Positions 1-9,652 of a DNA stretch of 32,000 nt are shown here, in pieces. The stretch is from Haloferax volcanii DS2 (GTDB lineage Archaea; Halobacteriota; Halobacteria; Halobacteriales; Haloferacaceae), in assembly GCF_000025685.1 (NCBI RefSeq), contig NC_013964.1:330001-362000 (forward strand), read 5' to 3'. The position numbers and the translations under genes were made by a program. Each line of letters opens with the position of its first letter. The stretch's first letter is position 1. Below the pieces are notes generated by a model that worked only from the letters and a program-made list of their open reading frames with translations, had not been told where the DNA came from and ran no database searches.

Positions 1-2
1 GC

Positions 3-368
3 ATCTTCTCCTACGCGTTCAACGAGCAGAACCTCGACATCGTCAGGGAGCGGACCGCCGCCGGCGACCAGCGGTTCGAAGGCGTCTTCTCGTCGGACGC
101 CATCGACGCGCTCGCCCACGACTCCCAACTGCGCGAACAGCTCCGCGACCTCCTCGACGCCGACGCGGCCGCCGTCCGCATCACCGACGAGCCGATTCCG
201 ATGGCGGCGACCATCGCAGACTCGACGGTCCACCTGTTCCTCCGCGACGACAGCGGCATCCTCCAAGCCTCTATCGACGTGACCGAACCGGAGGTGCTCA
301 CGTGGGCCGACGAGCTGTTCGAGCGCTACTGGGAGGCGGCGGAACCGCTCGACCTCGACCGACTCTGA
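3..368 (+). CDS. C-terminal part of a transcriptional regulator, probably FilR1/DUF1724-type (5' end lies outside the window)
   Basis: Frame 3 is open from the window edge to TGA at 366-368. High GC3 and an acidic product (...STVHLFLRDDSGILQASIDVTEPEVLTWADELFERYWEAAEPL) resemble the C-terminal domain of haloarchaeal ArsR/FilR1-like regulators. The family assignment is from memory only. Confidence 0.5.
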   Translation: MFSYAFNEQNLDIVRERTAAGDQRFEGVFSSDAIDALAHDSQLREQLRDLLDADAAAVRITDEPIPMAATIADSTVHLFLRDDSGILQASIDVTEPEVLTWADELFERYWEAAEPLDLDRL

Positions 369-467
369 AAGCGGGTATCACGACCGACCGCGTCGTCGCC
401 CCGTCAACCGACTCACGAGACATATCGGCGGCCTGCGAGATGCCAGCAGATGCCCTCGTCCCACCCG

Positions 468-2265
<1,798 letters not shown>

Positions 2266-2279
2266 TAAAGAACAGACAC

Positions 2280-3530
2280 ATGCCAGTCAAACGCGTCTCG
2301 GGGGTCGGATGGACGCTCGTCGCGGCGTTACTCGTCGTCGCGGTCGCCGTCTCGCCGGTCGTCGTCGCCGCGGATGGCGTCGAAGTGCGTGCGGTCGACC
2401 ACGGCGGCCCGGGCGTCGTCCCGACCGAGAACGGCCGGCCGTACGTCGCCTCGTGGCAACCCTCGACGGTTTCGGTGACCGTCGCGGGAGACGGCAACGG
2501 CACCGAGGTCTGCTTGCAGACCGACCGCGACGACGGCTCGACGATGCTGTTGGGATGCGAACCGCTCGGAAGCGCGGGAGCGAACCCGACCGACGAACGG
2601 CGCGTCGGCTTCGAGTTCGCAACGTGGCCGGCGAACGCGACCGGCGACCGCACCGTGACAGCGGTCGTCAGACCCGGCGACGGCGGCGAGCCGGTCGCGC
2701 AGGCGAGTCGCGGTGTCACGGTACTCGCGCCGGCCGGCGACGCCGACGGCGACAACCTCGGCAACCGGGACGAACTCGACCGCGGCACGGACGTGCTCGT
2801 CACCGACACCGACACCGACACCGACGGCGTACCCGACGGCGAGGAGGTCAACCGCTACGAGACCGACCCGACGAGCACGGACACCGACGGCGACGACCTC
2901 AGCGACGGCGTCGAAATCAACGAGCAGGGGAGCAACTCGACCGAGACCGACACCGACGGCGACGGCCGAGGCGACGGTGCTGAGGTCGAAGCGGGGACTG
3001 ACCCGAACGCCGCGCCGGGGGCGGTCGTCGGGTCGCTGGAACTCGGCGGCGAGGGCTGGCTGCTCGTCCTCGCGGTCGCGGCCATCGCGGTCGCCCTGCT
3101 CGTCGTCGGCGTGCGAGTCCGCGACAGCGACGCGCGAGCGAGGCTGTCCGACGTTCGCGCCCGCGCGGCCGACCATGTCGACGGCCGAGGCGACGGAGCG
3201 TCGGCGGACGCGGTCCAGACTGGCGGAGGCGACAGTGCGGCGCGTGCGCAGTCGGCCGCCAACAGTTCCCCCGCCGACGGCTCCCCCGCCGCCGAGGAAC
3301 TCCTCGACGACGAGACGCGCGTCCTCAGGCTCCTCGACGACAACGGCGGCCAACTCCGGCAGTCGAAAGTCGTCGAGGGAACGGAGTGGTCGAAATCGAA
3401 GGTGAGTCGCGTCCTCTCGCGGATGGCCGACGAGGGAACCGTCGCGAAGATAAATCTCGGCCGAGAGAACCTCATCGCCCGCCCGGAGAGCGTTCCCGAA
3501 CACGCCCGGTCGCCGTTCGACGAGTCCTGA
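2280..3530 (+). CDS. Membrane-anchored winged-helix (MarR/HTH_45-like) protein with an extracellular domain carrying Asp-rich Ca-binding-type repeats
   Basis: The 416-aa product has these parts in order:
- An N-terminal signal/TM (GWTLVAALLVVAVAVSPVVVAA).
- A beta-rich ectodomain.
- Repeated DxDxDGxxDxxE-like units (DADGDNLGNRDE, DTDTDTDGVPDGEE, DTDGDDLSDGVE, DTDGDGRGDGAE).
- A second TM (GWLLVLAVAAIAVALLVVGV).
- A C-terminal cytoplasmic wHTH (ETRVLRLLDDNGGQLRQSKVVEGTEWSKSKVSRVLSRMADEGTVAKINLGRENL). Confidence 0.8.
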   Translation: MPVKRVSGVGWTLVAALLVVAVAVSPVVVAADGVEVRAVDHGGPGVVPTENGRPYVASWQPSTVSVTVAGDGNGTEVCLQTDRDDGSTMLLGCEPLGSAGANPTDERRVGFEFATWPANATGDRTVTAVVRPGDGGEPVAQASRGVTVLAPAGDADGDNLGNRDELDRGTDVLVTDTDTDTDGVPDGEEVNRYETDPTSTDTDGDDLSDGVEINEQGSNSTETDTDGDGRGDGAEVEAGTDPNAAPGAVVGSLELGGEGWLLVLAVAAIAVALLVVGVRVRDSDARARLSDVRARAADHVDGRGDGASADAVQTGGGDSAARAQSAANSSPADGSPAAEELLDDETRVLRLLDDNGGQLRQSKVVEGTEWSKSKVSRVLSRMADEGTVAKINLGRENLIARPESVPEHARSPFDES

Positions 3531-3592
3531 GCGGGCGACGCGGCGGCCGGGACGACCCGCCCCGAGAGTTGGAATCCCGAACCGCGGACGGA

Positions 3593-3609
3593 GTTGGAAC
3601 ATACCAACC
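3593..3609 (+). promoter_or_regulatory. Palindromic upstream motif copy 1 (GTTGGAACATACCAACC), 34 nt before the ATG of the HTH_10 gene
   Basis: Read directly from the sequence. It is followed by AAGAATATAGG, a TATA-like element. An extra half-site GTTGGAAT lies at 3568-3575. Confidence 0.5.
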
Positions 3610-3643
3610 AAGAATATAGGCCTCGGGGAACTAGGGAAGACTC

Positions 3644-4417
3644 ATGCGAGAATTCGTCTTCACCGTCGAGTACGAGCGGGGTGCCGACGAGGTGATGGAC
3701 CTGTTCATCGAGAACCCGGATTTACACTCCAAGACCATGGCGATACACGCCACGAGCGAGTCGATGTGGCGACTCGACCGCCTCACCGGGCCGACGGAGG
3801 CGCTCGAAGCGTTCGACGAGGTCATCGAGCAGGCCACCCGGTGCAACGGCGTCCTCGGGATGTGCGGCGCGCCGGTCGTCGAGTGGGAGTACGAGGTGCT
3901 GTCGGAGACGCCAAACGGGCGCATCGTCTACTCCTGCCGCGAGGAGGGCGACGGGATTCAGTCGATTCCCCACGTCGCCGCGAAGCACATCGGCGACGGC
4001 CTCCTGATGCAGGCCGAACGCCGGGGGGCACAGAACCAGTGGCGACTGCTCATCTCCGACGACGACACGGTGAGCGAGATTTACGAGGAGGTCAAAGACA
4101 GCCTCAGCGACGGCCTCTCGCTGAGCGTCCAGCGCATCAGCGAACCCGAGTGCTGGCTCGAAGAGAGCGTCTCCGCCGACGGCCTCCCGCCGGAACAGCA
4201 GGCCGCGCTCGAAGCCGCCGTCGAGTTCGGCTACTACGAGACGCCGCGCCAGCACACCGTCCAAGAAATCTCGGAGGAACTCGACATCCCGAACTCGACG
4301 CTCCAGTATCGCCTGACCCGCGCCGAGGCGTGGCTGGCCCGGCAGTTCGTCACCGGCACGCTCGGCACCGAAGTCGAAGACCGCGTCGACCCCGAACAGC
4401 TCGAAGCGAGCGCCTGA
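3644..4417 (+). CDS. HTH_10 (bacterio-opsin-activator-like) family transcriptional regulator
   Basis: 257 aa. The C-terminal segment LPPEQQAALEAAVEFGYYETPRQHTVQEISEELDIPNSTLQYRLTRAEAWLARQFV is the classic haloarchaeal HTH_10 domain. Confidence 0.85.
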   Translation: MREFVFTVEYERGADEVMDLFIENPDLHSKTMAIHATSESMWRLDRLTGPTEALEAFDEVIEQATRCNGVLGMCGAPVVEWEYEVLSETPNGRIVYSCREEGDGIQSIPHVAAKHIGDGLLMQAERRGAQNQWRLLISDDDTVSEIYEEVKDSLSDGLSLSVQRISEPECWLEESVSADGLPPEQQAALEAAVEFGYYETPRQHTVQEISEELDIPNSTLQYRLTRAEAWLARQFVTGTLGTEVEDRVDPEQLEASA

Positions 4418-4464
4418 CCGGCGACTCCCGGGCCGGACGCTCGACGAGAGACGGCCGCAGAACG

Positions 4465-4481
4465 GTTGGAACATTCCAACC
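4465..4481 (+). promoter_or_regulatory. Palindromic upstream motif copy 2 (GTTGGAACATTCCAACC), 35 nt before the GTG start of SUI1
   Basis: Read directly. It differs from copy 1 at one position, and the spacing to the start codon is almost the same. Confidence 0.5.
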
Positions 4482-4516
4482 ACACCCTGATACGCCGCGG
4501 ACGCGTACGTAGATGC

Positions 4517-4819
4517 GTGGGAAAAGACACTTTCAGCGACATCACCGGCCTGCCGGACGACCTCGGAATCGGCGACGACCTCGCGCGGGCGGACCAGCGC
4601 GCGTCGATTCGCGTCGACACCCGACGGTACGGCAAGCCCGTGACGGTGGTCGACGGTCTCGACCTCCCGGCCGACGAACTGGACGCCCTCGCGTCGACGT
4701 TGAAGCGACGGCTCGCGGTCGGCGGGACCGTGACCGACGGGCGCATCGAACTGCAGGGCGAACACGGCGAGCGCCTCGAAGCCGCGCTCCGCGACGAGGG
4801 ATTCGGCGTCGAGCGCTGA
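4517..4819 (+). CDS. Translation initiation factor aIF1 / SUI1 family protein (100 aa, GTG start proposed)
   Basis: The sequence FSDITGLPDDLGIGDDLARADQRASIRVDTRRYGKPVTVVDGLD...LKRRLAVGGTV...IELQGEH fits the SUI1 fold family. The track ATG at 4466 would add a basic non-homologous extension and would lie inside the upstream palindrome. GTG at 4517 gives the normal length. Confidence 0.85.
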   Translation: MGKDTFSDITGLPDDLGIGDDLARADQRASIRVDTRRYGKPVTVVDGLDLPADELDALASTLKRRLAVGGTVTDGRIELQGEHGERLEAALRDEGFGVER

Positions 4820-4932
4820 GCGTGTTATCGTGATTCGATAGCTCTCGCGGCCGAAAAGGGCGGATAACTGACGCGGCAACCGACGTGCGAGCGGTCGATG
4901 TCTCCCGGTCGCGTATTCCGGGAACGAACACA

Positions 4933-4949
4933 GTTGGTATATTCCAAAC
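4933..4949 (+). promoter_or_regulatory. Palindromic upstream motif copy 3 (GTTGGTATATTCCAAAC), 40 nt before the ATG of the TFB paralog
   Basis: Read directly. The 17-mer is identical to copy 4, and 27 of 29 nt are shared once the downstream GAGAyCmCATTA is included. Confidence 0.5.
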
Positions 4950-4989
4950 GAGATCCCATTACCTTGGGTCCGGAATACAGAGGTACTCA

Positions 4990-6024
4990 ATGGACACGAA
5001 ACACGTCGACTGGCGTTCGATGCGAGACGAGTCGGCACCGGCGGCGGGACCCGAAGCCCGACAGTCCGGCGACGAGCGCGACGAGGGCGAGGCCGAGACC
5101 GAATCGGCCGAGGCGGCGGTCGCGGAGCGGACCGACCTCGTCTACGACGAGCAGCACGGCGAGTGGGTCGACCCCGAGACGGGCGAAATCCTCCGCGAGG
5201 ACGAAATCGACCGCGGCCCCGAGTGGCGCGCGTTCGACGCCGCGGAGCGCGACCAGAAATCCCGCGTCGGGTCGCCGACGACGACGATGATGCACGACAA
5301 GGGGCTGTCGACTAACATCGGCTGGCAGAACAAAGACGCCTACGGCAACTCCCTGTCGACGGGACAGCGCCAGAAGATGCAGCGCCTCCGGACGTGGAAC
5401 GAGCGGTTCCGCACCCGCGACTCCAAAGAGCGGAACCTCAAGCAGGCGCTCGGTGAGGTCGAGCGGATGGGCTCGGCGCTCGGGCTTCCGGACACCGTCC
5501 GCGAGACCGCCTCGGTCATCTACCGCCGCGCGCTCGACGACGACCTGCTGCCCGGCCGCTCCATAGAGGGCGTCGCCACCGCCGCAATCTACGCCGCCGC
5601 TCGGCAGGCCGGCGTCCCGCGCTCCCTCGACGAGGTGCGGCGCGTCTCCCGCGTCGACAAGATGGAACTCACCCGGACGTACCGCTACGTCTCCCGCGAA
5701 CTGGGGCTGGACATGAAGCCGGCCGACCCGGCGCAGTACCTCCCGCGGTTCGTCTCCGAACTCGACGTGAGCGACGACGTGGAGCGCCGCGCTCGGTCGC
5801 TTCTCGACAACGCGAAGCGGCAGGGCATCCACAGCGGCAAGAGCCCGGTCGGACTCGCGGCGGCGGCCATCTACGCCGGCGCGCTCCTCGCCGACGAGGA
5901 ACTGACGCAGTCCGAGGTGAGCGACGTGACCGACATCAGCGAAGTGACCATCAGAAACCGCTACCGCGAACTCCTCGAAGCGACCCAGAAATCGGGCGAA
6001 AGGGCCGTCGGGTCGACCGCCTAA
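4990..6024 (+). CDS. tfb: Transcription initiation factor IIB (TFB) paralog with an acidic N-terminal extension and no zinc-ribbon cysteines
   Basis: The B-finger/linker (EDEIDRGPEWRAFD, GLSTNIG) and two cyclin-like repeats (ETASVIYRRALDDDLLPGRSIEGVATAAIYAAARQAGVPRSLDEV; AKRQGIHSGKSPVGLAAAAIYAGALLADEELTQSEVSDVTDISEVTIRNRYREL) are unmistakably TFB. The start is set at ATG 4990 because the upstream part of the ORF contains the promoter palindrome. Confidence 0.9.
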   Translation: MDTKHVDWRSMRDESAPAAGPEARQSGDERDEGEAETESAEAAVAERTDLVYDEQHGEWVDPETGEILREDEIDRGPEWRAFDAAERDQKSRVGSPTTTMMHDKGLSTNIGWQNKDAYGNSLSTGQRQKMQRLRTWNERFRTRDSKERNLKQALGEVERMGSALGLPDTVRETASVIYRRALDDDLLPGRSIEGVATAAIYAAARQAGVPRSLDEVRRVSRVDKMELTRTYRYVSRELGLDMKPADPAQYLPRFVSELDVSDDVERRARSLLDNAKRQGIHSGKSPVGLAAAAIYAGALLADEELTQSEVSDVTDISEVTIRNRYRELLEATQKSGERAVGSTA

Positions 6025-6165
6025 GCGGACGTTTCGAGCGCGAGAAGACGGTTCTTTCTTCGATTCGCGTCGTTTTCAGACGCCTCGTTCGGACTGTTCG
6101 GCCCGTTCGACCCATTCAGACTGTGCGGGTTCGACCGCGGGCGACGCGACGCCGTTCTCACGCCG

Positions 6166-6606
6166 TCAGCGGTTGCACGAACACGACGACGACGCGCGAG
6201 TCGAACTGCCGCGACCCGGCAGCGCGTCGCGGACGCGGTCAGCGAGTGCGCCCGCGGTTTCGCGGACTCTCCCCTCGGCGCTCGATTCGGCGCGTCGTTC
6301 CCGGTAGTCGAAGTAGAGCGCCGTCGGCAGGAGAAGCGAGGCGTACACGCCGCTGATAGCGACGGCAATCTGCATCGGATGGTCTGCGGGGATGACCGCC
6401 CAGCCGACCGCGATAATCGCCCACAGCGCGATTCCCTGCCGGATGGTCGGACACCATCGATTCGTGCGCGCCGACCGCGCCTGCACGTCGGCGGCGTCCA
6501 TGTCGGCGTCATCGCCCGATTCGGACGCCGGGCGGTCCGTTCGATGGGACTCGGCTCGCGCATCGTCGGATAGCGTAGAGGCGTGACGGAACGTTCGTTC
6601 GGACAT
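6166..6606 (-). CDS. Hypothetical membrane protein (two predicted TM helices)
   Basis: 146-aa ORF with reasonable GC3 bias. Hydrophobic stretches are GIALWAIIAVGWAVIP and MQIAVAISGVYASLLLPTALYF. It is preceded by palindrome copy 4. The C-terminal tail (SSTRASSSCSCNR) is atypical, so the 3' end is uncertain. Confidence 0.5.
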   Translation of the reverse strand: MSERTFRHASTLSDDARAESHRTDRPASESGDDADMDAADVQARSARTNRWCPTIRQGIALWAIIAVGWAVIPADHPMQIAVAISGVYASLLLPTALYFDYRERRAESSAEGRVRETAGALADRVRDALPGRGSSTRASSSCSCNR

Positions 6607-6649
6607 AGAATGGTATCGGCGGCTACGGTTCCGAGCCTAATGTGGTCTC

Positions 6650-6666
6650 GTTTGGAATATACCAAC
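6650..6666 (-). promoter_or_regulatory. Palindromic upstream motif copy 4 (minus-strand reading GTTGGTATATTCCAAAC), 43 nt before the ATG at 6606
   Basis: The plus strand reads GTTTGGAATATACCAAC. Its reverse complement is identical to copy 3 and is followed by GAGACCACATTAGG, compared with GAGATCCCATTACC in copy 3. Confidence 0.5.
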
Positions 6667-6699
6667 CACGAGGGCAGAGCCGGCGTTCGGACCCGCGGG

Positions 6700-7218
6700 T
6701 CAGACGCTCGCGCCGTCCACCGGTTCCGCGAACGCGACGGTCTGTTTCACGTCGGTGACTTCGACCTCGACGCGGTCGCCGGGTTCCGTGCCGGGGACGA
6801 TGATGACGAAGCCGCGTTCGACCTTCGCGATGCCGTCGCCTTGGTCACCGAGCGTGTCGATGATGACGGACCGAACGTCGCCCTCCGCGACGGGCGGTTG
6901 TCGCGGCTGAGAGTGCGCTTCGCGGGGTCCAGACGCGGTGTCGGCGGCGGATTCCCGAGCGGGGTCCGAATCGATGTCGCGGTCGTCAGCGGTCGTCGTC
7001 GCCGTCGTCTCCGTCGTCGTCGCCGCCGCCGATTCGACAGCGGCCTCGGTCGCCGACGCGGCGTGCGGACTCGAAAGCAGCGCGACGCGGTACAGTTCCT
7101 CCGTCGAAATCGACCCGTTTTCGACGAGTTCGGTCGGAATCGACACCACGTAACGGTCGCCGTCTCGCTCGACCGACGTCTCGAAAAGGAGCCGAAGAGA
7201 ATCTGAGATATCAGTCAC
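6700..7218 (-). CDS. TRAM domain-containing protein
   Basis: 172 aa. The C-terminal EGDVRSVIIDTLGDQGDGIAKVERGFVIIVPGTEPGDRVEVEVTDVKQTVAFAE matches the TRAM beta-barrel pattern. The middle of the protein is a low-complexity Ala/Thr/Glu linker. Confidence 0.8.
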   Translation of the reverse strand: MTDISDSLRLLFETSVERDGDRYVVSIPTELVENGSISTEELYRVALLSSPHAASATEAAVESAAATTTETTATTTADDRDIDSDPARESAADTASGPREAHSQPRQPPVAEGDVRSVIIDTLGDQGDGIAKVERGFVIIVPGTEPGDRVEVEVTDVKQTVAFAEPVDGASV

Positions 7219-7367
7219 TACCGCTACTTCGACTCAAACAAAATAAAAGGTGGTGAAAGTGACTACCGTTTCGGTCGCCGAGACACGATAGAATCCCCGG
7301 AAATCCGATTCGACCCGACCGGAATCATTCCCGAAGACACATGTCAACCCAATGCTAACTATCGGGC

Positions 7368-7565
7368 ATGGCACGCGACACACTCGTTTCGTGGCAGACG
7401 TTCGCGCTGTTCGTCCTGTTTCCGCCGGCGGCGCTCGTCGCCCTCGTGTTCTTTCCCCTGACGCTGCTCGTCTTCGGGTGGCTGTACTACCGCGGCAAGT
7501 ACGAGTCGATACAGGAGTCCGACGACGAGCAGACGGCCGTGGAGCCGAGCGACGCCGCTCGGTGA
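7368..7565 (+). CDS. Small hypothetical membrane protein (65 aa, two hydrophobic segments)
   Basis: MARDTLVSWQTFALFVLFPPAALVALVFFPLTLLVFGWLYYRGKYESIQESDDEQTAVEPSDAAR has high GC3, a hydrophobic hairpin and an acidic tail. Confidence 0.5.
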   Translation: MARDTLVSWQTFALFVLFPPAALVALVFFPLTLLVFGWLYYRGKYESIQESDDEQTAVEPSDAAR

Positions 7566-7706
7566 GTGACGCATCCGCGGGCGCGAACGTGGCCGGGCGG
7601 CCCCCCGAAGGGTCGGCCGTCCCACACACGGGCGAGCATTTCTCGTCGGGAAGACGGATGTCGACGAGACAACGGATTTTTGAGTTCGTCAACTGAGTGA
7701 TTGAGT

Positions 7707-8765
7707 ATGGTTTACGAGACTGGGAACCCGACTGTCGACGACGCGGTGTGGCGGGTGCTCGACGGCGACGAACTCGACCGGACCGACGGGATCGCGCTCA
7801 TCGCGCAGCCGGTCGAGCCCCTCGCGGCGGGTGCCGACTACGTCCGCTCCGTCCGCTCCGACGGGACCGTCGACGCCTGTTCCATCGTCAACGCGAAGGC
7901 CGGCGACTGCGCCGAGGACTGCGGCTTCTGCGCGCAGTCGGCGCACTTCGACACCGGCATCGAGACGCACGGCTTTCTCGGGGCGGAAGCGGTGTTAGAC
8001 GCCGCGCGGCGCGCCGAACGCGACGGCGCACAGCGGTTCGGCATCGTCGTCGCCGAGAAGGGCGTCTCGAAGGAGCGCCGACCCGACGAGTGGGCGGACG
8101 TGCTGGAGGCGATTCGACTCGTCCGCGACGAGACGAGCGTCGAAATCGACGCCTCGCTCGGCCTGCTCACCGAGGAGGAGGCGCGAATCCTCGCCGACGA
8201 GGGCGTGAACCACTACAACCACAACATCGAGACCTCGCCGCGGTACTTCGACGAGGTGGTCGGAACCCACGACTTCGAGGACCGACTCGTGACGCTCCGG
8301 CGGGCGAAAGACGCCGGGATGGACCTCTGTGCCGGTGTCATCCTCGGGATGGGCGAGACGCCGGCGGACCGGGTCGACGCCGCTCTCGAACTCCAGAAAA
8401 TCGGCGTCGAGTCGCTCCCGGTGAACGTGCTCAACCCCGTCCCCGGCACGCCGCTCGGCGACGCCGACCACGCCGACATCACGACGACGGAACTCGTCAA
8501 GACCGTCGCAGTCTACCGACTGCTCCACCCCGACGCGCGCGTCCGTTTGACCGGCGGGCGGGAAGTGAATCTCGCGCCCGACGAGCAACACCTGCCGTTC
8601 GAGGCCGGCGCGGACGGCGTCCTCACCGGCGACTACCTGACGACCGACGGCCAGTCGCCGGCGGCCGACATCGAGGTCGTCGAGCGGGCGGGCCTCGAAC
8701 CGAACCGCGCGGTCAACGACTTCGACGTGGACGCCGTCAAGCGCCGAGAAGCGAGAGACGGCTGA
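7707..8765 (+). CDS. bioB: Biotin synthase (radical SAM)
   Basis: It carries the CxxxCxxC radical-SAM motif in NAKAGDCAEDCGFCAQS, plus YNHNIETS and GVILGMGET, which is the typical BioB layout. ATG at 7707 is preferred over the TTG at 7701 used by the track. Confidence 0.9.
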   Translation: MVYETGNPTVDDAVWRVLDGDELDRTDGIALIAQPVEPLAAGADYVRSVRSDGTVDACSIVNAKAGDCAEDCGFCAQSAHFDTGIETHGFLGAEAVLDAARRAERDGAQRFGIVVAEKGVSKERRPDEWADVLEAIRLVRDETSVEIDASLGLLTEEEARILADEGVNHYNHNIETSPRYFDEVVGTHDFEDRLVTLRRAKDAGMDLCAGVILGMGETPADRVDAALELQKIGVESLPVNVLNPVPGTPLGDADHADITTTELVKTVAVYRLLHPDARVRLTGGREVNLAPDEQHLPFEAGADGVLTGDYLTTDGQSPAADIEVVERAGLEPNRAVNDFDVDAVKRREARDG

Positions 8766-8772
8766 GGGGCTG

Positions 8773-8868
8773 ACGAACCGCCGAGCCGTCGAACAGCCGA
8801 ACCGCCGAACCACCGAACCGCCGAACCACCGAACCGCCGAACCACCGAACCGCCGAACCACCGAACCG
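8773..8868. repeat. Tandem 8-bp repeat CCGAACCR: nine perfect alternating CCGAACCG/CCGAACCA units at 8797-8868, preceded by three degenerate units
   Basis: Counted directly. The units ccgaaccg and ccgaacca alternate, equal to 4.5 copies of a 16-bp unit. The degenerate units acgaaccg, ccgagccg and tcgaacag come first. The tract lies in the convergent spacer between bioB and the IMPase gene. Confidence 0.95.
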
Positions 8869-8887
8869 CCGCCCGAGACGCGCCACA

Positions 8888-9652
8888 TCACCCGAGCGCG
8901 CTGTGCCGGGACATGAGCGAGATGACCTGCCGGTGGAGCGCCTGATTGGACGCGACGACGGTGTCGCCGGTCACGTCGTCTATCGCCTCGACGTGCGTCA
9001 CCTCGCCGCCGGCCTCGCGGACGAGAAGCGGGCCGGTCCTCGTGTCCCACATATCGAGGTTCTGCTCGAAGTACACGTCGAAGCGGCCGGCGGCGACGAG
9101 CGCCAACTCCGCGGCGGCCGACCCCATCCGGCGAACGCCTCGCGTCGACTCGCAGAGCGCTTCGAGGTACGCGCCGTCGCCGTTCGCTCGGGCCAGCGAG
9201 TCGAACCCGGTCACGACGAGCGCCTCAGACAGCTCGGCGGCGTTCGAGACCGAGAGTTCCCGCCCGTTGACGAACGCGCCTTCGCCCTCGATTGCGACGT
9301 ACAACTGGTCCGCCGGGACGTAGTTGACGACGCCGACGTCGGGCCGCGTCGCACCCTCGTACATGATAGAGACAGAGAAGTGCGGCACGCCGTTGTGGAA
9401 GTTGACCGTGCCGTCGAGCGGGTCGACGACCCAGCGCGGCTTCGGGCGGAACTCCGGGGAACCCTCCTCGGAGACGACGTTGTCGTCCGGGAAGGCGGCG
9501 GCTATCACGTCGGTGATTCGCGCTTCGGCGGCTTCGTCCGCCGGGCGGTCGCGGAACCGCTCGCGCGAACTCGACTCGAACCGGGCCCGTAACTCGTCGC
9601 CGGCGACCTCGGCCGCCCGAATCGCGGTCCACAGGTAGCGGTCGTTCACCAT
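8888..9652 (-). CDS. Inositol monophosphatase family protein (archaeal IMPase/FBPase-type)
   Basis: 254 aa with the signature WVVDPLDGTVNF plus SEEG and a later WDT motif, which are the typical IMPase-family metal-binding motifs. Confidence 0.9.
   Translation of the reverse strand: MVNDRYLWTAIRAAEVAGDELRARFESSSRERFRDRPADEAAEARITDVIAAAFPDDNVVSEEGSPEFRPKPRWVVDPLDGTVNFHNGVPHFSVSIMYEGATRPDVGVVNYVPADQLYVAIEGEGAFVNGRELSVSNAAELSEALVVTGFDSLARANGDGAYLEALCESTRGVRRMGSAAAELALVAAGRFDVYFEQNLDMWDTRTGPLLVREAGGEVTHVEAIDDVTGDTVVASNQALHRQVISLMSRHSALG

Noticed and set aside
2328-3611. 427-aa minus-strand ORF, plus several other alternate-frame ORFs (2249-2851, 2309-2983, 2713-3405, 2855-3607), overlapping the membrane wHTH gene
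   Set aside because: All are Arg/Pro/Ser-rich with no domain-like segments. The plus-strand frame at 2280 gives a coherent architecture of signal, TM, repeats and wHTH, with acidic composition.
4466-4516. Upstream ATG start for SUI1 as given by the ORF track
   Set aside because: It would add 17 basic residues (MEHSNHTLIRRGRVRRC) absent from SUI1 family members. It would also place the start codon inside the palindromic promoter motif. GTG at 4517 fits the family length.
3722-5038. 438-aa minus-strand ORF antisense to the HTH_10 and SUI1 genes
   Set aside because: It crosses two independently well-supported plus-strand genes and their spacer. The composition is basic and Arg-rich, unlike haloarchaeal proteins.
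8773-8868. Possible CRISPR array or coding repeat (the minus ORF 8633..8845 reads RRFGGSAVRWFGGSAV)
   Set aside because: The units are 8 bp with no spacers, so this is not a CRISPR array. The apparent peptide repeat is just the translation of the microsatellite in the convergent non-coding gap.
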